In this document: piece by piece, positions 1-13,115 of the stretch | Layout of the letters: each line of letters opens with the position of its first letter | How positions within the stretch are numbered: position 1 is the first letter of the stretch | Assembly (NCBI GenBank): GCA_965112735.1 | Contig: OZ218954.1 | Coordinates: 3,472,001-3,536,000, forward strand | Length of the DNA stretch: 64,000 bases | Direction of reading: 5' to 3' | Source: Phaeosaccion multiseriatum | Taxonomy: Eukaryota > Protista > Ochrophyta, other classes | Program-made: the position numbers and the translations under genes | Notes under the pieces: generated by a model | What the model saw: the letters and a program-made list of their open reading frames with translations, nothing else | What the model was told of the DNA's origin: nothing | Database searches by the model: none

Positions 1-138
1 TGTGCCTGGCAATCAATCACTGGGGCATGCAGATATATCGATGTCTTGCTTGACAATCATTCACGAAAACAGGAAAGACGCTCCCATAGTCAAGGTCAAC
101 AAACTGAAGCTGAAACTGAAACTGAAGCTATACTTCTA

Positions 139-398
139 TCACAGCACGAGTCCCGACTGACGGAGGGCATCCTTGCGATCGTCCTGATTGGGGGGTCCGC
201 TGGTGCCCACAAGCGTCAACATGTCTTCAGAGGAGGAGGTGAGGTACCGCATCATTACTTTCACGTCCGCGGGCATTACACTGGGTGGGGGATGGGTGGG
301 GGAGGGAGGAAGAGGGAGGGAGGGAGGGAGGGAGGGAGAGGGCTTAGAGGCATGCGGGGACGCCAATGCGGAGGTGACCAACGGCCGCGCAAGAAGGG

Positions 399-451
<53 letters not shown>

Positions 452-3400
452 CCTTCCACTCGCTCACTGACCTGTTCACAACGCTTGCATAGTCTCTGAT
501 GCCGCTGACGTCCTTGCTGGGTATGCAGTCCATCTGAATGCCGCTCATCATGGAGGCCCAAGAGGAGGCAGGCAAACTGCGCTGCCTCTCCGTGAGCTCT
601 TGCTTAGCGGCCTCCACAAGCATGCCCATGAGCGGGGCGGAGACAGAAGAAGAAGAGGAGGAGGAGGAGGACTCATCCTCACAGTTGGCGAGGTCCTGAA
701 GAACGTCCTTGCATGCCTGGAGAGCCTCTTGCTTCTTGTCCGGCGTGCAGGTGCAGGTGAGGATGTACCAGCCCCCCAGAAGACGCTCGAAGGGGAAGAA
801 AGAGAAGCCCGCTTCGTACGTCAGGCCCTTCTCCTCGCGCACCTGGGGGGGGGGAACATAATAACACTAGATCAGATCGATGTTGCGGATAAATAATCGA
901 TAGTATCGAGAACGTATCGAGAACGACAGAATGGTGCCTGCAAGTGAAAGTGAAACTGAAACGCACCTGCTGGTAGAGGAGGCCGTTGGTGATGAACTCA
1001 ATCACGTCGAGCACAGCGCTGGCGAACAGGGGGTGGCTGCGAAGCTGGGGGGCGGTCTCGTCGTCTCCGATGCCGCGTGCTTCAGCCTATACACGGTGTG
1101 TGTGTTCGTGTGTGTGTGTGAGAGAGAGAGAGAGGGAGAGTGTGTATGTGAGAGAGACAGAGAGAGTGTGTGTAGGCGTGTGCACGTGTGTGCGCGCTGG
1201 TGCAAAAATTATACTGCCCCAACTTAACAAGCCGGCCAACTCAGGAAGTCAGCAATGGTCTCCCTCCCTCCCCTCTCCTCACCTCCTTGACGAGAATGTC
1301 ACCCACATCGACATCATCCGCCGTCAGACCGAAGCGATTCGGGGCCTTGCCTCCAATGTAGACGACGGCTCGCTCGTCGGTGTCCACAAGGTGCACCTGT
1401 TGGTGGTTCGAAGAGTCACTGCTGGCGCCGACGAGGACGGGACCGGAGGGCTTTAGTGCATCACTCTCCTGCCGGCCGATTGATCGATTCATGGAGTTGT
1501 ACGAGGATAAGCAGAGGTATATGGGGAGGGAAGGGAAAAGGAATGGAGGAAAGGTCAATTGATCGATTCATGGAGTTGTACGTGGAGGTGTATCGTATAT
1601 ATATAGGGGAATAGAAGTCGAAGATAAGTAGAAGTATATGGGGAGGGAAGGGAAAAGGAATGGAGGAAAGGTCAATTGATCGATTCATAGAGTTGTACGT
1701 GGAGGTGTATCGTATATATATATAGGGGAATAGAAGTCGAAGATAAGTAGAGATAAATGGGGAGGGAAGGGAAAAGGAATGGAGGAAAGGTCAATTGATC
1801 GATTCATAGAGTTGTACGTGGAGGTGTATCGTATGTAGGGGAAGAGAAGTCGAAGATAAGTAGAGGCATATGGGGAGAGAAGTGACAACGAATAAAGGAA
1901 AGGAGTGAGAGAGAGAGATAGGAGGAGAGACAGACAAAGAGGGCAGCTAGAAACAGGGCTATAGCTACCTCCGTCGTACCGGTCGTGGAATGCGCTCCTT
2001 TCCTTTGCCATTGGGTATGAGCCCCGCGGGCCGCTCCGAAGGCGGCACAGTTCCGAGATACTGCAGGGGCAGTACCCACCCAAGGGTGAGAGGGTGATAG
2101 GGTAGGGAGATTAAAGGGTGAGAGGGTGATAGGGTAGGGAGATTAAAGGGTGAGAGAGTGATAGGGTAGGGAGATTAAAGGGCGAGAGGGTGATAGGGTA
2201 GGGAGATTAAAGGGTGAGAGGGTGATAGGGTAGGGAGATTAAGGATGAGAGAGTAAGAGTGTAGGGAGATTAAAGGGTGAGAGGGTGATAGGGTAGGGAG
2301 ATTAAAGGGTGAGAGGTAAGACGGTTGGGTGATCAAAGGGTGAGAGAGTAAGAGGGTAGGGAGATTACAGGGTGAGAGGGTGATAGGGTAGGGAGATTGC
2401 AGGGTGAGAGGGTGATAGGGTAGGGAGATTAAGGATGAGAGAGTAAGAGGGTAGGGAGATTACAGGGTGAGAGGGTGATAGGGTATGGAGATTACAGGGT
2501 GACAAGGTGATAGGGTAGGGAGATTAAGGATGGGAGAGTAAGAGGGTAGGGAGATTACAGGGTGAGAGGGTGATAGGGTAGGGAGATTAAGGATGAGAGA
2601 GTAAGAGGGTAGGGAGATTACAGGGTGAGAGGGTGATAGGGTAGGGAGATTAAGGATGAGAGAGTAAGAGGGTAGGGAGATTACAGGGTGAGAGGGTGAT
2701 AGGGTAGGGAGATTACAGGGTGAGAGAGTAAGAGGGTAGGGAGATTACAGGGTGAGAGGGTGATAGGGTAGGGAGATTAAGGATGAGAGAGTAAGAGGGT
2801 AGGGAGATTAAAGGGTGAGAGAGTGAGGTACGGTAACGAAGCGAAGCGAAGTGAGACGAAACGAAACGAAGTGACGTAAGCAAGCAGTGGTAGCAGTCAA
2901 ACGAAGGTAAGAGGCTTGCTGGGTGAAGAGAGCATGAGAGATTGAGGTAGAGAAGCGAAACGAAGCGCGAAGAAGCAGCAGTCACAAGAGGGTAAGAGGG
3001 TAAACGAGAGAGGTTAAGAGGAGAGGGAGAGAGTGTGAGGGTGAAAGAGTGGGAGGGCGAGAGGGTGAGAGAGGTTAAGAGGAGAGGGAGAGGGGATGGC
3101 CCAAGAGGGTAAAAGAGGGCAAGCAGGCGCCCACCCCCACCCCCCCTCCTCCATCCCCACCCTCATCCCCTCTTCCTCCTCCTCCCTCTCCTCCTTCTCC
3201 TCCTTTTCCTCCTTCTCCTCCTTCTCCTCCTCCTACTCCTACTCCTCCTCCTCCTCCTCCTCCTCCTTCTCCTCCACCACCTCCTCCTCTTCCTCCCCCC
3301 CCCCCCCCTTCTCCTCCTCTCTCCGTACATCTCATTCCGTACCTTCAGCGCAAGGGCCTCTGCCTCAGGCACTTGGAAATCCCCCACCACGGAAACCTCC

Positions 3401-4470
3401 ATGAAGTCCGTTGTGAGCTGAGCCCTGATGCTGTTGTGAATCACCCCCAATGCCTGTCCCACGGCCTTCTCCCACTGCAGGGGGGCGAAGCGCTTGTCCC
3501 CATGCGACAACTGTGAATATGAGTCATGCGTGAGTGTAATACAACACGGGTAGGTAAGAGTGGCAGATGAGTCGTGGGAGAGGGTGATGCTTCGAGCTTC
3601 GGTTTCTCCGCACGCATGCGCATTTAGATACGCTTACGTAACCCTTGCGCTACCCCCATACTCTACCCCTTACGCTGCCCTTACGCTGCCCCTTGCGCTA
3701 CCCTTACTTGACGATACGTACCATGCGCATGAGTTTGAGGTCTGCGATGGCCTCGAGAGACTTGTCTTGCTCTGCGCTGTTCTGATGCAAGCGTGCCTGC
3801 ACAGCATCCAAAGCGTCCTTCTTCCACTCCACACCAGACAGCATATGGTTCGCCAGCTGCAGGGGGAGGGGAGGGGATGGGGGTAGCAGGGGATGGCAGG
3901 GGATGGCAGGGGATGGCAGAGGATAGCGGGGGATGATGCCATGGGATAGCCAGGGAGAGAGACACACACGCGGAGAAGGGGACTTGAAGGCGCCGACGCT
4001 TCTTTGTACAAAGGCAACGGAGACAAGGCAAAATAGAAAGCCGAGAACTAGAGAGAGACAAAGGAAGGCGGAGGGACGGACAGAGCGAGGGAGAGAGAGA
4101 AAGAAATAATAGAGAGAACTGGTGGGTTGGGTTGGACCAGCATCCGCCAGGCACCTCAACCCAACTTCAATGCTATATAGGGGCAAAGCCAACGGCAAAC
4201 TGTAGCCCGTTGCTGAAGTGGAAACTGAAAGTGAAACTGTCCCTTACCTGGAAGGCCGCCTCCATGCCGGTAACGGTGCCCGCCCCTGCCCTTGCCTTGG
4301 TGGTGGGGAAGTCCAAGTCGATCACCAAGAACTCCTGAGAAGGTCAAGCGACAGTTACACCAGAAGAGATGACACCCAGTGACACCGGAAGGGTACGTAG
4401 GTAGGTATGTAGATAGGTAGGTAGGTAGGCAGGCAGGTACGCAGGTAGGTAGGCAGGTAGGCAGGTAGGA

Positions 4471-4517
<47 letters not shown>

Positions 4518-5970
4518 TAGGTAGGTAGGTAGGTGGGTAGGTGGGTAGGTAGGTAGGTAGGTAGGTAGGTAGGTAGGTAGGTTGGTTGGTTGGTTGGTAG
4601 GGTAGGTACAATAGGTGGGTAGGTAGGTGAGCAAGGGGAGGATAGAAAGGATGATTCAAAGGTCGGGTTAGGAATAGGATGCACCCCTCCCCTCCCCTCC
4701 CCATGCACTGCCATCCACACCCACCCAAATCACTGGCATCTATTGCCATCCACTGCCATCCACTGCCATTGCACGCACCTCCGAGGCGTCAACATCGAAG
4801 CCTACATGGTGGTCTCTGGAGAAGTGGCGGACCTTCTTGTCCATCACACACGTCGTCGCCAAAGTTGTAGCACCAAGTGCCACTGACCCCACTCCGAACC
4901 ACTCCTCCACATAGCGGCCCCCTGTTGCGGATGGCAGTGGATGAGGGTTGGACGATTGGTGAATTGGAGAATCGTGGGTATTAGAGCATAGGGGGAATGG
5001 ATGGCAGTGGATGGGGTTGAATAGCACTACACATCCAATGCCATCCATTCCCTATCCATCCCATCCACTGCCATCCATTCCCTACCCTGCCCATCCACCG
5101 CCATCTTGCCCATCCATTACCATCCCCGGCCATCCCATCCTCTGCCCATCCACCCCCATCCACTGCCATCCCCCAACTCTATCCACTTCCACCCCCACCA
5201 ACTCCATCCACTGCCATCCCTCACCCACCCACCTGGTGCGATGACTCGCATATGTCCCCTCTGTCCCTCTCCCGAGTAGGCTTTGAAGTTTACGGCCATC
5301 CCGTTGGACAGCCTTCGCTGCACCACCTATATCAGTCAGCGAGAGAAGAGCATGGCAGTGGATGGCAATGAATGGCAGTGGATCGGCAGTGGATGGCAGC
5401 GGTTGGCTATGGTTACAAAGATGGGCAGGGGATGGCAGGGGATGGCAGTGGATGGCATTTGATCGGCAGGGAAGGGGGACTCTCGCTTTCTCGTTGCCTT
5501 TCGCCCTCTCTCTCTCGCTCTCCCTCCCTCTCTCTCTCGCTCTCCCTCCCTCTCTCTTTCGCTCTCGCTCCCTCTCTCTCTCACTCTCTCTCTCTCCCTC
5601 TCTGGCTCCCTCTCTCTCTCGTTCTCCCTCCCTCCCTCCCTCCCTCCCTCTCTGTCTCCCCTCTCTTGCCTGAGTGACATCGTCCACCACCACCTCCCTC
5701 GCGTCCGCTGACGAGGCCTCCTTGGCAGCCTCTCGGGCGGAGATCTTGTCTACGAAAGGTTTCCACGCTGGCACGTTCCTCTCCATCTTGTCCTTCATTT
5801 CCTCGGCGCTGAACAGGCTCGGAGCACCCTCCTTTTGTGGGAGAAGTAGACGGAGCAGGATGAGGAGGAGGAGGAGGAGGAGGAGGAGGAGGAGGAGGTA
5901 GTGGAGAAGGGGTAGGATTAGTGGTGGTAGTTGTGGTGTGGCAGTTGTAGTAGTAGTACAGCAGTAGGAA

Positions 5971-6039
<69 letters not shown>

Positions 6040-6751
6040 GAAGAGTCGTGGATAGGGGGAGGAGGTTACCATGGTGGTGGCGGTGGTGGTGGCGCTCAGA
6101 CTGAAGGCGCGAGACAAATCAAGGGCCGCTCCCTCCCCCCCTCCCCTCCCCTCATCCTCTCACCCACCCACCCACCCATCCATCCATCCATCCATCCACA
6201 CTCCCACTCATTGACCTACTACCATTGACTTACTACTCACCTCAATCTCCCCCGGGGCGGCCACCTCCTCTTCCACGGCCTCCTTCAGAACCTCGAGCAG
6301 CGTCTCCTCAGAAACCTGATGAAAGGAATGAGAGGTTGAAAGGAAAGTAAGTCAGTGAGAGATTTGGAGTATGTGAGTCAAAGCTATATATATATACATA
6401 AAGTTGCATAGTACCTCGCATGTCAGTCACCCGAATAATCTTTAGTCCGTCTGTAATATACCTCCCACTATATATATATACTCCCCCCACTATCACCCTC
6501 ATCATGAGTGTTGATACTCTCGATACACCCACCTTCTCTCCCTGGTCCCCGGAGGGAACGCACGCGATGACGGCGGACGGTTGGGCAGCCCCGGCCACGC
6601 CGTACTGCACCATGTGGTTGCACATTTCAGCCGCCATCTGTGATTGATCGAATGACAGGCAGATGGCAGCGGAAGACGGGCGGGGGGAGTGGAGAGGGTG
6701 GGTGGAGAAGGATTAATATTGCCATGACAGTGTAGTGATAGTAGCAGAAGC

Positions 6752-6816
<65 letters not shown>

Positions 6817-6891
6817 TAGTAGCAGTAGCAATAGCAATAGTAGCATCAGCAGCGCCAGCAGCGCCAGCAGCACTAGTCGTAGTAGGAGTAG

Positions 6892-6924
<33 letters not shown>

Positions 6925-9172
6925 CAGCAGTGGTTTGGAGAAGGAGGCCTCTTGACCTCCCCCCCCTCTGACCCTTTCATCCTCTCGCCCTCTGCATCTA
7001 TTTTGCCTCCCCTCTGAACCCCGTTGACTTCCCCCCTGCCCTTCCCTCCTCCCCCCCTTCCCTCTCGTTCCCTCCTCCTCCCCTCGTCCCTACCTTCCCC
7101 CCTCCCCACTTTCTCTCCTCTCCTTCTGTCTCCGCCCCGTCCCTCCTTCCCTCCTTCCCTCCTCTCCTCCTCCCCCCCGTCCCTCCTTCCCTCCTTCCCT
7201 CCTCTCCTTCTGTTTCCCCCCCGTCCCTCCTTCCCTCTTTCTCTCCTCTCCTTCTGTCTCCGCCCCGTCCCTCCTTCCCTCCTTCCCTCCTCTCCTCCTC
7301 CCCTCCTCCCCTCCTTCCCTCCACTTCCCTCCTTCCCTCCTCCACTCCTCCCCACCTTCCCTCTCCTTCCCTCCTTCCCTCTCGTTCCCTCCTTCCCTCC
7401 TCCCCTCCTTCCCTCCTCTCCTCCTCTCACCTCATTAACCTCGGCAAGTGTGAGGCTGACGATGGCCAACACGGTGGCCTCGTGCGCCTGGTTGTGATCC
7501 ATGAAGGTGTGACCGTTGGCAGATGCCTCCATCACCTTCTCCGTCGTATGATCCACCTGTCACAGATGGCAGTGGATGATGGATGACAGTTGATGAATGG
7601 CGGTCGATGGTAGTGGATGGAAGGCGGTGGATGACAGCGGATGGCAAACATGGCAGAGGATAGCAGTGGATTGCAGTGGATGGGGGATGCACATGGATGG
7701 ATGGTAGTGGATGGCAGGGGATGGGGGATGTGAGGTCAATGGCGGGGGGGATGGAGCGAGGGACCCCCTCCCTCCTCCAGATGATCTCCCCCCCAAGGTT
7801 TGGCGCGACTGAAGCAACAACCCTCAAACAACCTCCTACACTTCCCCAACTGAATCACCAACCCCCCCCCCGACCTCCCCACCTGACGTTCCGGCGCGAC
7901 TTGGTGGAACTGGGCCTTCATGCGCTGCGCATCTGTGACGAACATGGCCGAGTACCTGGGTATCACCAACACGGCAGGGAAAGGTGGGGTGGGGTGGTGC
8001 GGGGGGCGAGGCAGGGTGGGGGGGGGTGCGTAAATCAGTCAGTCAATCAATCAGTCAGTCAGCCAGTCAGTCAGTCAGTCAGTCAATCAGTCAACGAGTC
8101 GCTCCGCCCACAATGAATCAACCAGCGAGGGCAGCCCACATGCCTCTGTTCTCTATCAACCAGCCCATATACCTCTATGAGCCAGGCTATTCCCCATATG
8201 CCTCACCTGTCCAGCTCAGCCTTGGTGAGGCCCTTGAGGCCCAACCTGCGCACCTCCCTCACGGCGAATTTGGCGGAGTCTCTCCACTCCTTGGCCGGGG
8301 ATACGACGCGCAGCCACCACTTCGCACAGCCCTGTAGATAGAGGCATATGGGCAGGATGGATGGATTGTGGATGAGAGGCATATGGGTGTGTGGATTAGA
8401 GGTATATGGGCAGGATGGATGGATTGTGGATGAGAGGCATATGGGTGTGTGGATTACAGGTATATGGGCAGACTGAGTATAACCCTGCCCCAAAAATGCC
8501 TCTTCTCTAGCCTACCTCAGCAGTGGCGTCTGTGTAGTCAAATCCCGCCGCATTGATGGGAACATCCACCTCCACATCCCTCACTGCGCTGTCCACTCTG
8601 AACTGCAGCGCCGCCACCACGATGCGTCGCATTAAAACGCGGCGGAAGGCGGATAAGTCAATGACGGACTCAATGGGACGCTTGGCGAAGATATCCAGGG
8701 TGAAGTCCTGATGGTGAGGAAAGGAAAGATGGAGGGAGAGGGTAAGAGAGAGGGAGAGAGACAGGGAGACAGGTAGCGAGAGAGTGTGTGTAAGTGTAGA
8801 TTTTATTTACCCCACTGCCCCCCCCCCCCCCCCCCTCATTGACTGCCATCCTACCTGCAGCAGCTCGTGCGTGAATATCCTTGGCGTGTCTGCTGCCATC
8901 CTGTCGACGGCGTCCATCACAGGAAGGTCCATGTATGCCTTCATGTCCTCCGGAACACCGGTCCTATTCGCCTCCTGTGCGTGTTGGTCATTCATTCATG
9001 CGTTATAGTTGCAGTGTCAGCGATATCAAAAATAGAAAATAGTGAGAGGAACTCACTAGTCCCCCATGGCACACATACTTACACACCCAAACACACACCC
9101 AAATACACACTCACATCACCCACCCATCTTCACCGCACACTCATACACACACACAAACACACACACACACAC

Positions 9173-9210
<38 letters not shown>

Positions 9211-10269
9211 TACGCACCGCTTGGGCCATGCTCCATCGGTGCGTGACTGCCGGGAAGTGCGCATTGTGCTTCTTCAGCGTCAGTGCCTTTTGCTGCTGCT
9301 CAGGGGTGTTTTGTAGTGACCCAAACTCCTGAAGAGAGATAGAGCAGAGAGTGGATAGGGGCGCAACCGAGTGTCAGGACACAGAGGGGCAGTGGTGTGT
9401 GCGTGCGTGTCTGTAAAGCCCCTGCTTCACGATGCTCTCCATCTGAGGCACTCCCTCCCTCCTTCCCTCCCTCACGCGCTCTCTTACTCCCTCCCTCTCT
9501 CTCTCCCTTACCTCCCTTCCTCCCTTCCTCCCTCCTCCCTCCCTCCCTCCCTCCCTCCCTCCCTCCCTCCCTCCCTCCCTCCCTCCCTCCCTCCCTCCCT
9601 CCCTCCCTCCCTCCCTCCCTCCCTCTATCTCTCTATTCCTCCCCTCCCTCTCTCTCTCTGCGTGTGTGTATGTAAAGGACCTGCTGCACGATGCCCTCTA
9701 TCTGAGGCACATCAACGTCTCCCACAACGTAGAGGACGGCGTTGTTGGGGCGATAGTGCTCCAAGTGAAAGGCGTTGGCATCCTCGGCATTCCAACTCTA
9801 TTGTATGGCACAGATAAGAGCATAGCAGTTGGTGATACAGAGGAGAGGGGAGAGGAGAGGATAGGAGAGCAGATTAGAGGATTCGAACAGGGTTGGTGAG
9901 TTTGTGTGTCTATCTGTTTGTCTGTCTATCGGCCTGTCTGTGTGTCTATTTGTCTGTCTGTGTGTCTGTTTGTCTGTCTGTGTGTCTGTCTGTCCGTGTG
10001 GCTGTCTGTCTGCCTGTCTGCCTGTCTGTCTGTCAGTCTGTCTGCCTCTCTGCCTGTATGTCTGTCTGTCAGTCAGTCAGTCAGTCAGTCAGTCAGTCTG
10101 TCAGTCTGTTTGTCCTGTCTGTCTGTCTGTCTGTGTGTCTCTCTCTCTCTCTGTCTGTTTGTCTGTTTGTTTGTCTGTCTGTCTGTCTGTCTGTCTGCCT
10201 GTCTGTCTGTCTGTCTGTCTGCCTGTCTGTCTGTCTGTCTGTCTGTCTCTCTGTCTGTCTCTCTCTGCC

Positions 10270-10318
<49 letters not shown>

Positions 10319-10369
10319 GCCTGTCTGTCTCTCTGTCTGTCTGTCTGTCTGCCTGTCTGTCTGTCTGCC

Positions 10370-10462
<93 letters not shown>

Positions 10463-13115
10463 GCCTGTCTGTCTGTCTGTCTGTCTGCCTGTCTGTCTGT
10501 CTGTCTCTCTGCGTGCTTGTGTGTGCTGTGTGTGCGTGTGCGTGTGCATGCGTGTGTTGTGTGTCTCACCTCAATGACAGCGTCGGTTCCAATGGTGTCT
10601 CTGCGGCCGATAGTGTTCTCCACATGAAGAGAGCGAATGAGATGCGCCTGCCATGGCGGGGTGTGAGTGAGTTTCAGCTTGTTGGGGTTGTCACATCAAG
10701 CATCCGAGATGGATCAACGTCGATCGTAACACACACACACACACACACACACAAGATATATAATCACACACCTGCTTGCGGTAGTTGAGCGTGTTGGTCA
10801 TCGTCAGCTCCGACAGCACCGCCATCTGTGCCATAGTGAAGGAATCTCCGTCCACATGGGGGGGGTCCAGCACCTTAGGGGGGGGGTGGTGGTAGTGGAT
10901 GGCAGGCAGGGAAGGAGAAAGAGAGAGGAGAGGAGGGAGGGAGGGGGTGAAACGGGGAGAGATGGGAGGGAGGGAAGGAGGGAGGGAGGGAGGGAGGGAG
11001 GGAGGGAGGGAGGGAGGGAGGGAGGGAGGGAGGGAGGGAGGGAGGGAGGGGGTGAAGAAAGAGAGTCGTGATACCAAACGGAGGGTGCTGCTGCAGTGCA
11101 CCAAGCTGAAGCGCGTACACGTGTCTAATCTCTGTATCTTTCTCTCCTTCCCTCCCTCCCTCCCACGGCCATCCACTGCCATCCACAGCCATCCAATGCC
11201 ATCTTACCGTGCGCAGGTCCGGGATATAGTCGGGTACCTTCTTGCGCCCCCCCATCGCATACACTGTCTGATGCAGGGCCTAAGGGAATTGGTGATATAG
11301 AGGGAGGGAGGGAGGGAGGGAGGGATGGAGGGGGGAGGGAGGGAGGAAGAGGGTGTGTGTGCAAAGAGAGGATGGTAGTGGATGGGAAGGAAAGATCGGT
11401 GGGAGGGAGGGAAGGGGGGGAGGGGATGGCAGTGAATGGACCAAAAAGTTACATACAATGACACAGGTTGGATATGTAATTTGACGTAAGGCGTACGTAC
11501 CGTGAAGCCGGTGACGTCGCCTTTACACAGGGCGTGCTCGAGTACGTGGGCCATTCCCTGAGAGGGCAGTCGCAGGCATAAGGGCAGAAGAGGGCATACA
11601 CGGGCATATGGGCAGGAGGAAGAAGGGCAGTCGCAGGCGTATGGGCATGAGAGGGCAGGCGCAGGCATATAAGCAGGAGAGGGAAGTCACAAGACATATG
11701 GGAGAGGGAGGCCGTACGCAGGCATTGGGGCGGGAGAGGAGAGGCGAGGTAGTGTAAAGAGCCTTAGCAAGAGATAGCACACGGAGACAACAAAAGAAGG
11801 AAAATGAAATGCAATCACTGACATACGCCAGCAAGCGCGTGAGTCAGCACGTGACTTCCACTAAATCAGTGACGTGAGGCCTGCTGGAGAAAAAAGTCGA
11901 TTCGATTGATTCACATATCGAAGCAAAGGAGACACGACGCAGAGAAGGAGCAACTCGCTCCATAACACAGCGGCCTCCCCTGCTAACAACTGACAACTGC
12001 TGCTGTACTGTACCACGAGCTGCCGCACCTGCTGCTCGTCCCTCTCGTCAGTGGAGCCCGCCAGCACCACAAGGCGCGCCGTGGCCTTCTCCAGGCCGGG
12101 GGTGTTCACGACGACGTATCTGATAGAGCAGGGAGGGTAGGTAGAGGGAGGGGGGGAGGGAGGGGGACAGACAGATATGGAGGGGGGGGAGAGATGGATA
12201 GAGAGAGGGAGAGAGCGTGAGAGAGAGAAACGCACAAGGGGAGGAGGCAAAGTATCATGTGTTGTATCCTGCGAAGAGAGGGGGGCTGAGGTGTTGCTCC
12301 TCCTCCTCCTGTACCGCCAACTGTCTCAACTCACTTGAATCCATTGGCCAGCTCTCCTGTGTGCATGTGAGGATGTGTAGGAACAGCAATGTCCCTCAGC
12401 ACCGCCTCTGCATCGCCGTCGTTAGCGTCAAGGGCAACGAAAAGCTCCTCAATGGAGGGGAGAGGCTTACTGCTGTGCTCGACGGAGGGGAGGGCGGGAG
12501 GGATGGCACTGAATGAGGGGAGAGACATGCTGCCGTTCTCAATGGAGGGTGATGATGACGTAACACCAGATGGGGCGCAGGGAGGAACACATGACAGGGG
12601 GGCGTTGGAAGGGGGGGGAGAGAGGTACCGAGCGTCTGAAGAAGGTCTACTACTCTCCGGTCCGGGGAAAGGGGGTTTCGGAAAGGGGAACTGAAGTGCA
12701 GAAAATGAGGTAATTACCTCGTGGGCTCCTTCACAACGCCTTGGACTTGGGTGCTGCTTGCCTGAGGAGAGCCCTCTTGAGCTGCCGGGCTCGATCCTAA
12801 ACACGTCCTCCTCCCCACCTCCCCGTCTCTCCTGCTGCTGTGCTTCTGTTGAACATACCTCGACCCTCCTACACCCCCTAGCGTGGCATGTAAGGGCTGT
12901 TTACTGTGCTCCCTGCCCTCCCCAGGCCTCATCCATCTGGAAGCACCTGGCGCCGCAGCGGCTGTGCCTGCGCTTGTTGCTCTCCTTACTCTAAGGGCCA
13001 ACGCCCGTGTGCTGCGCCCCCCCCCACTCAAGGGGTTGGTGGGCAGCTGGAAGCTGCATACGTCGCTGCTTCCCATCAACAGCCCTCCTACTGCGACTGC
13101 TATGGAGTGCCTCAT
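139..13115 (-). CDS. Stromal processing peptidase (SPP)-like M16 zinc metallopeptidase, plastid-targeted, ~25 exons
   Basis: Spliced exons give THPHMHTGELANGFK|YVVVN...LVVLAGSTDERDEQQ|GMAHVLEH (HxxEH, ~11540), AVLSELTMTNTLNYR (third Zn ligand E), FHLEHYRPNNAVLYVVGD, VREVRRLGLKGLTKAELDR, GHTFMDHNQAHE, RRLSNGMAVNFK and VREEKGLTYEAGF, collinear with plant/algal SPP as recalled. N-terminus MRHSIAVAVGGLLMGSSDVCS-F resembles a signal peptide plus ASAF-type motif. Stop TGA at 139-141. The first intron is probably 12717-12509. Confidence 0.85.
1477..1875. repeat. ~117-120 bp tandem repeat, ~3.5 copies, in a peptidase intron
   Basis: TTGATCGATTCAT(G/A)GAGTTGTACG recurs at ~1480, 1559, 1676 and 1796 with shared downstream sequence. 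Confidence 0.85.
2083..2822 (+). repeat. 32-bp G-rich minisatellite (~23 units), intronic
   Basis: Unit AAAGGGTGAGAGGGTGATAGGGTAGGGAGATT, alternating with a variant containing AAGGATGAGAGAGTAAGAGGGTAGGG. Confidence 0.9.
9900..10510. repeat. (TGTC)n/(TCAG)n tetranucleotide microsatellite, intronic
   Basis: Directly visible. It produces the spurious 'CLSV' and 'TDRQ' ORFs. Confidence 0.95.

Noticed and set aside
2083-2822. Interstitial telomere
   Set aside because: The unit is 32 bp and lacks tandem TTAGGG/TTTAGGG.
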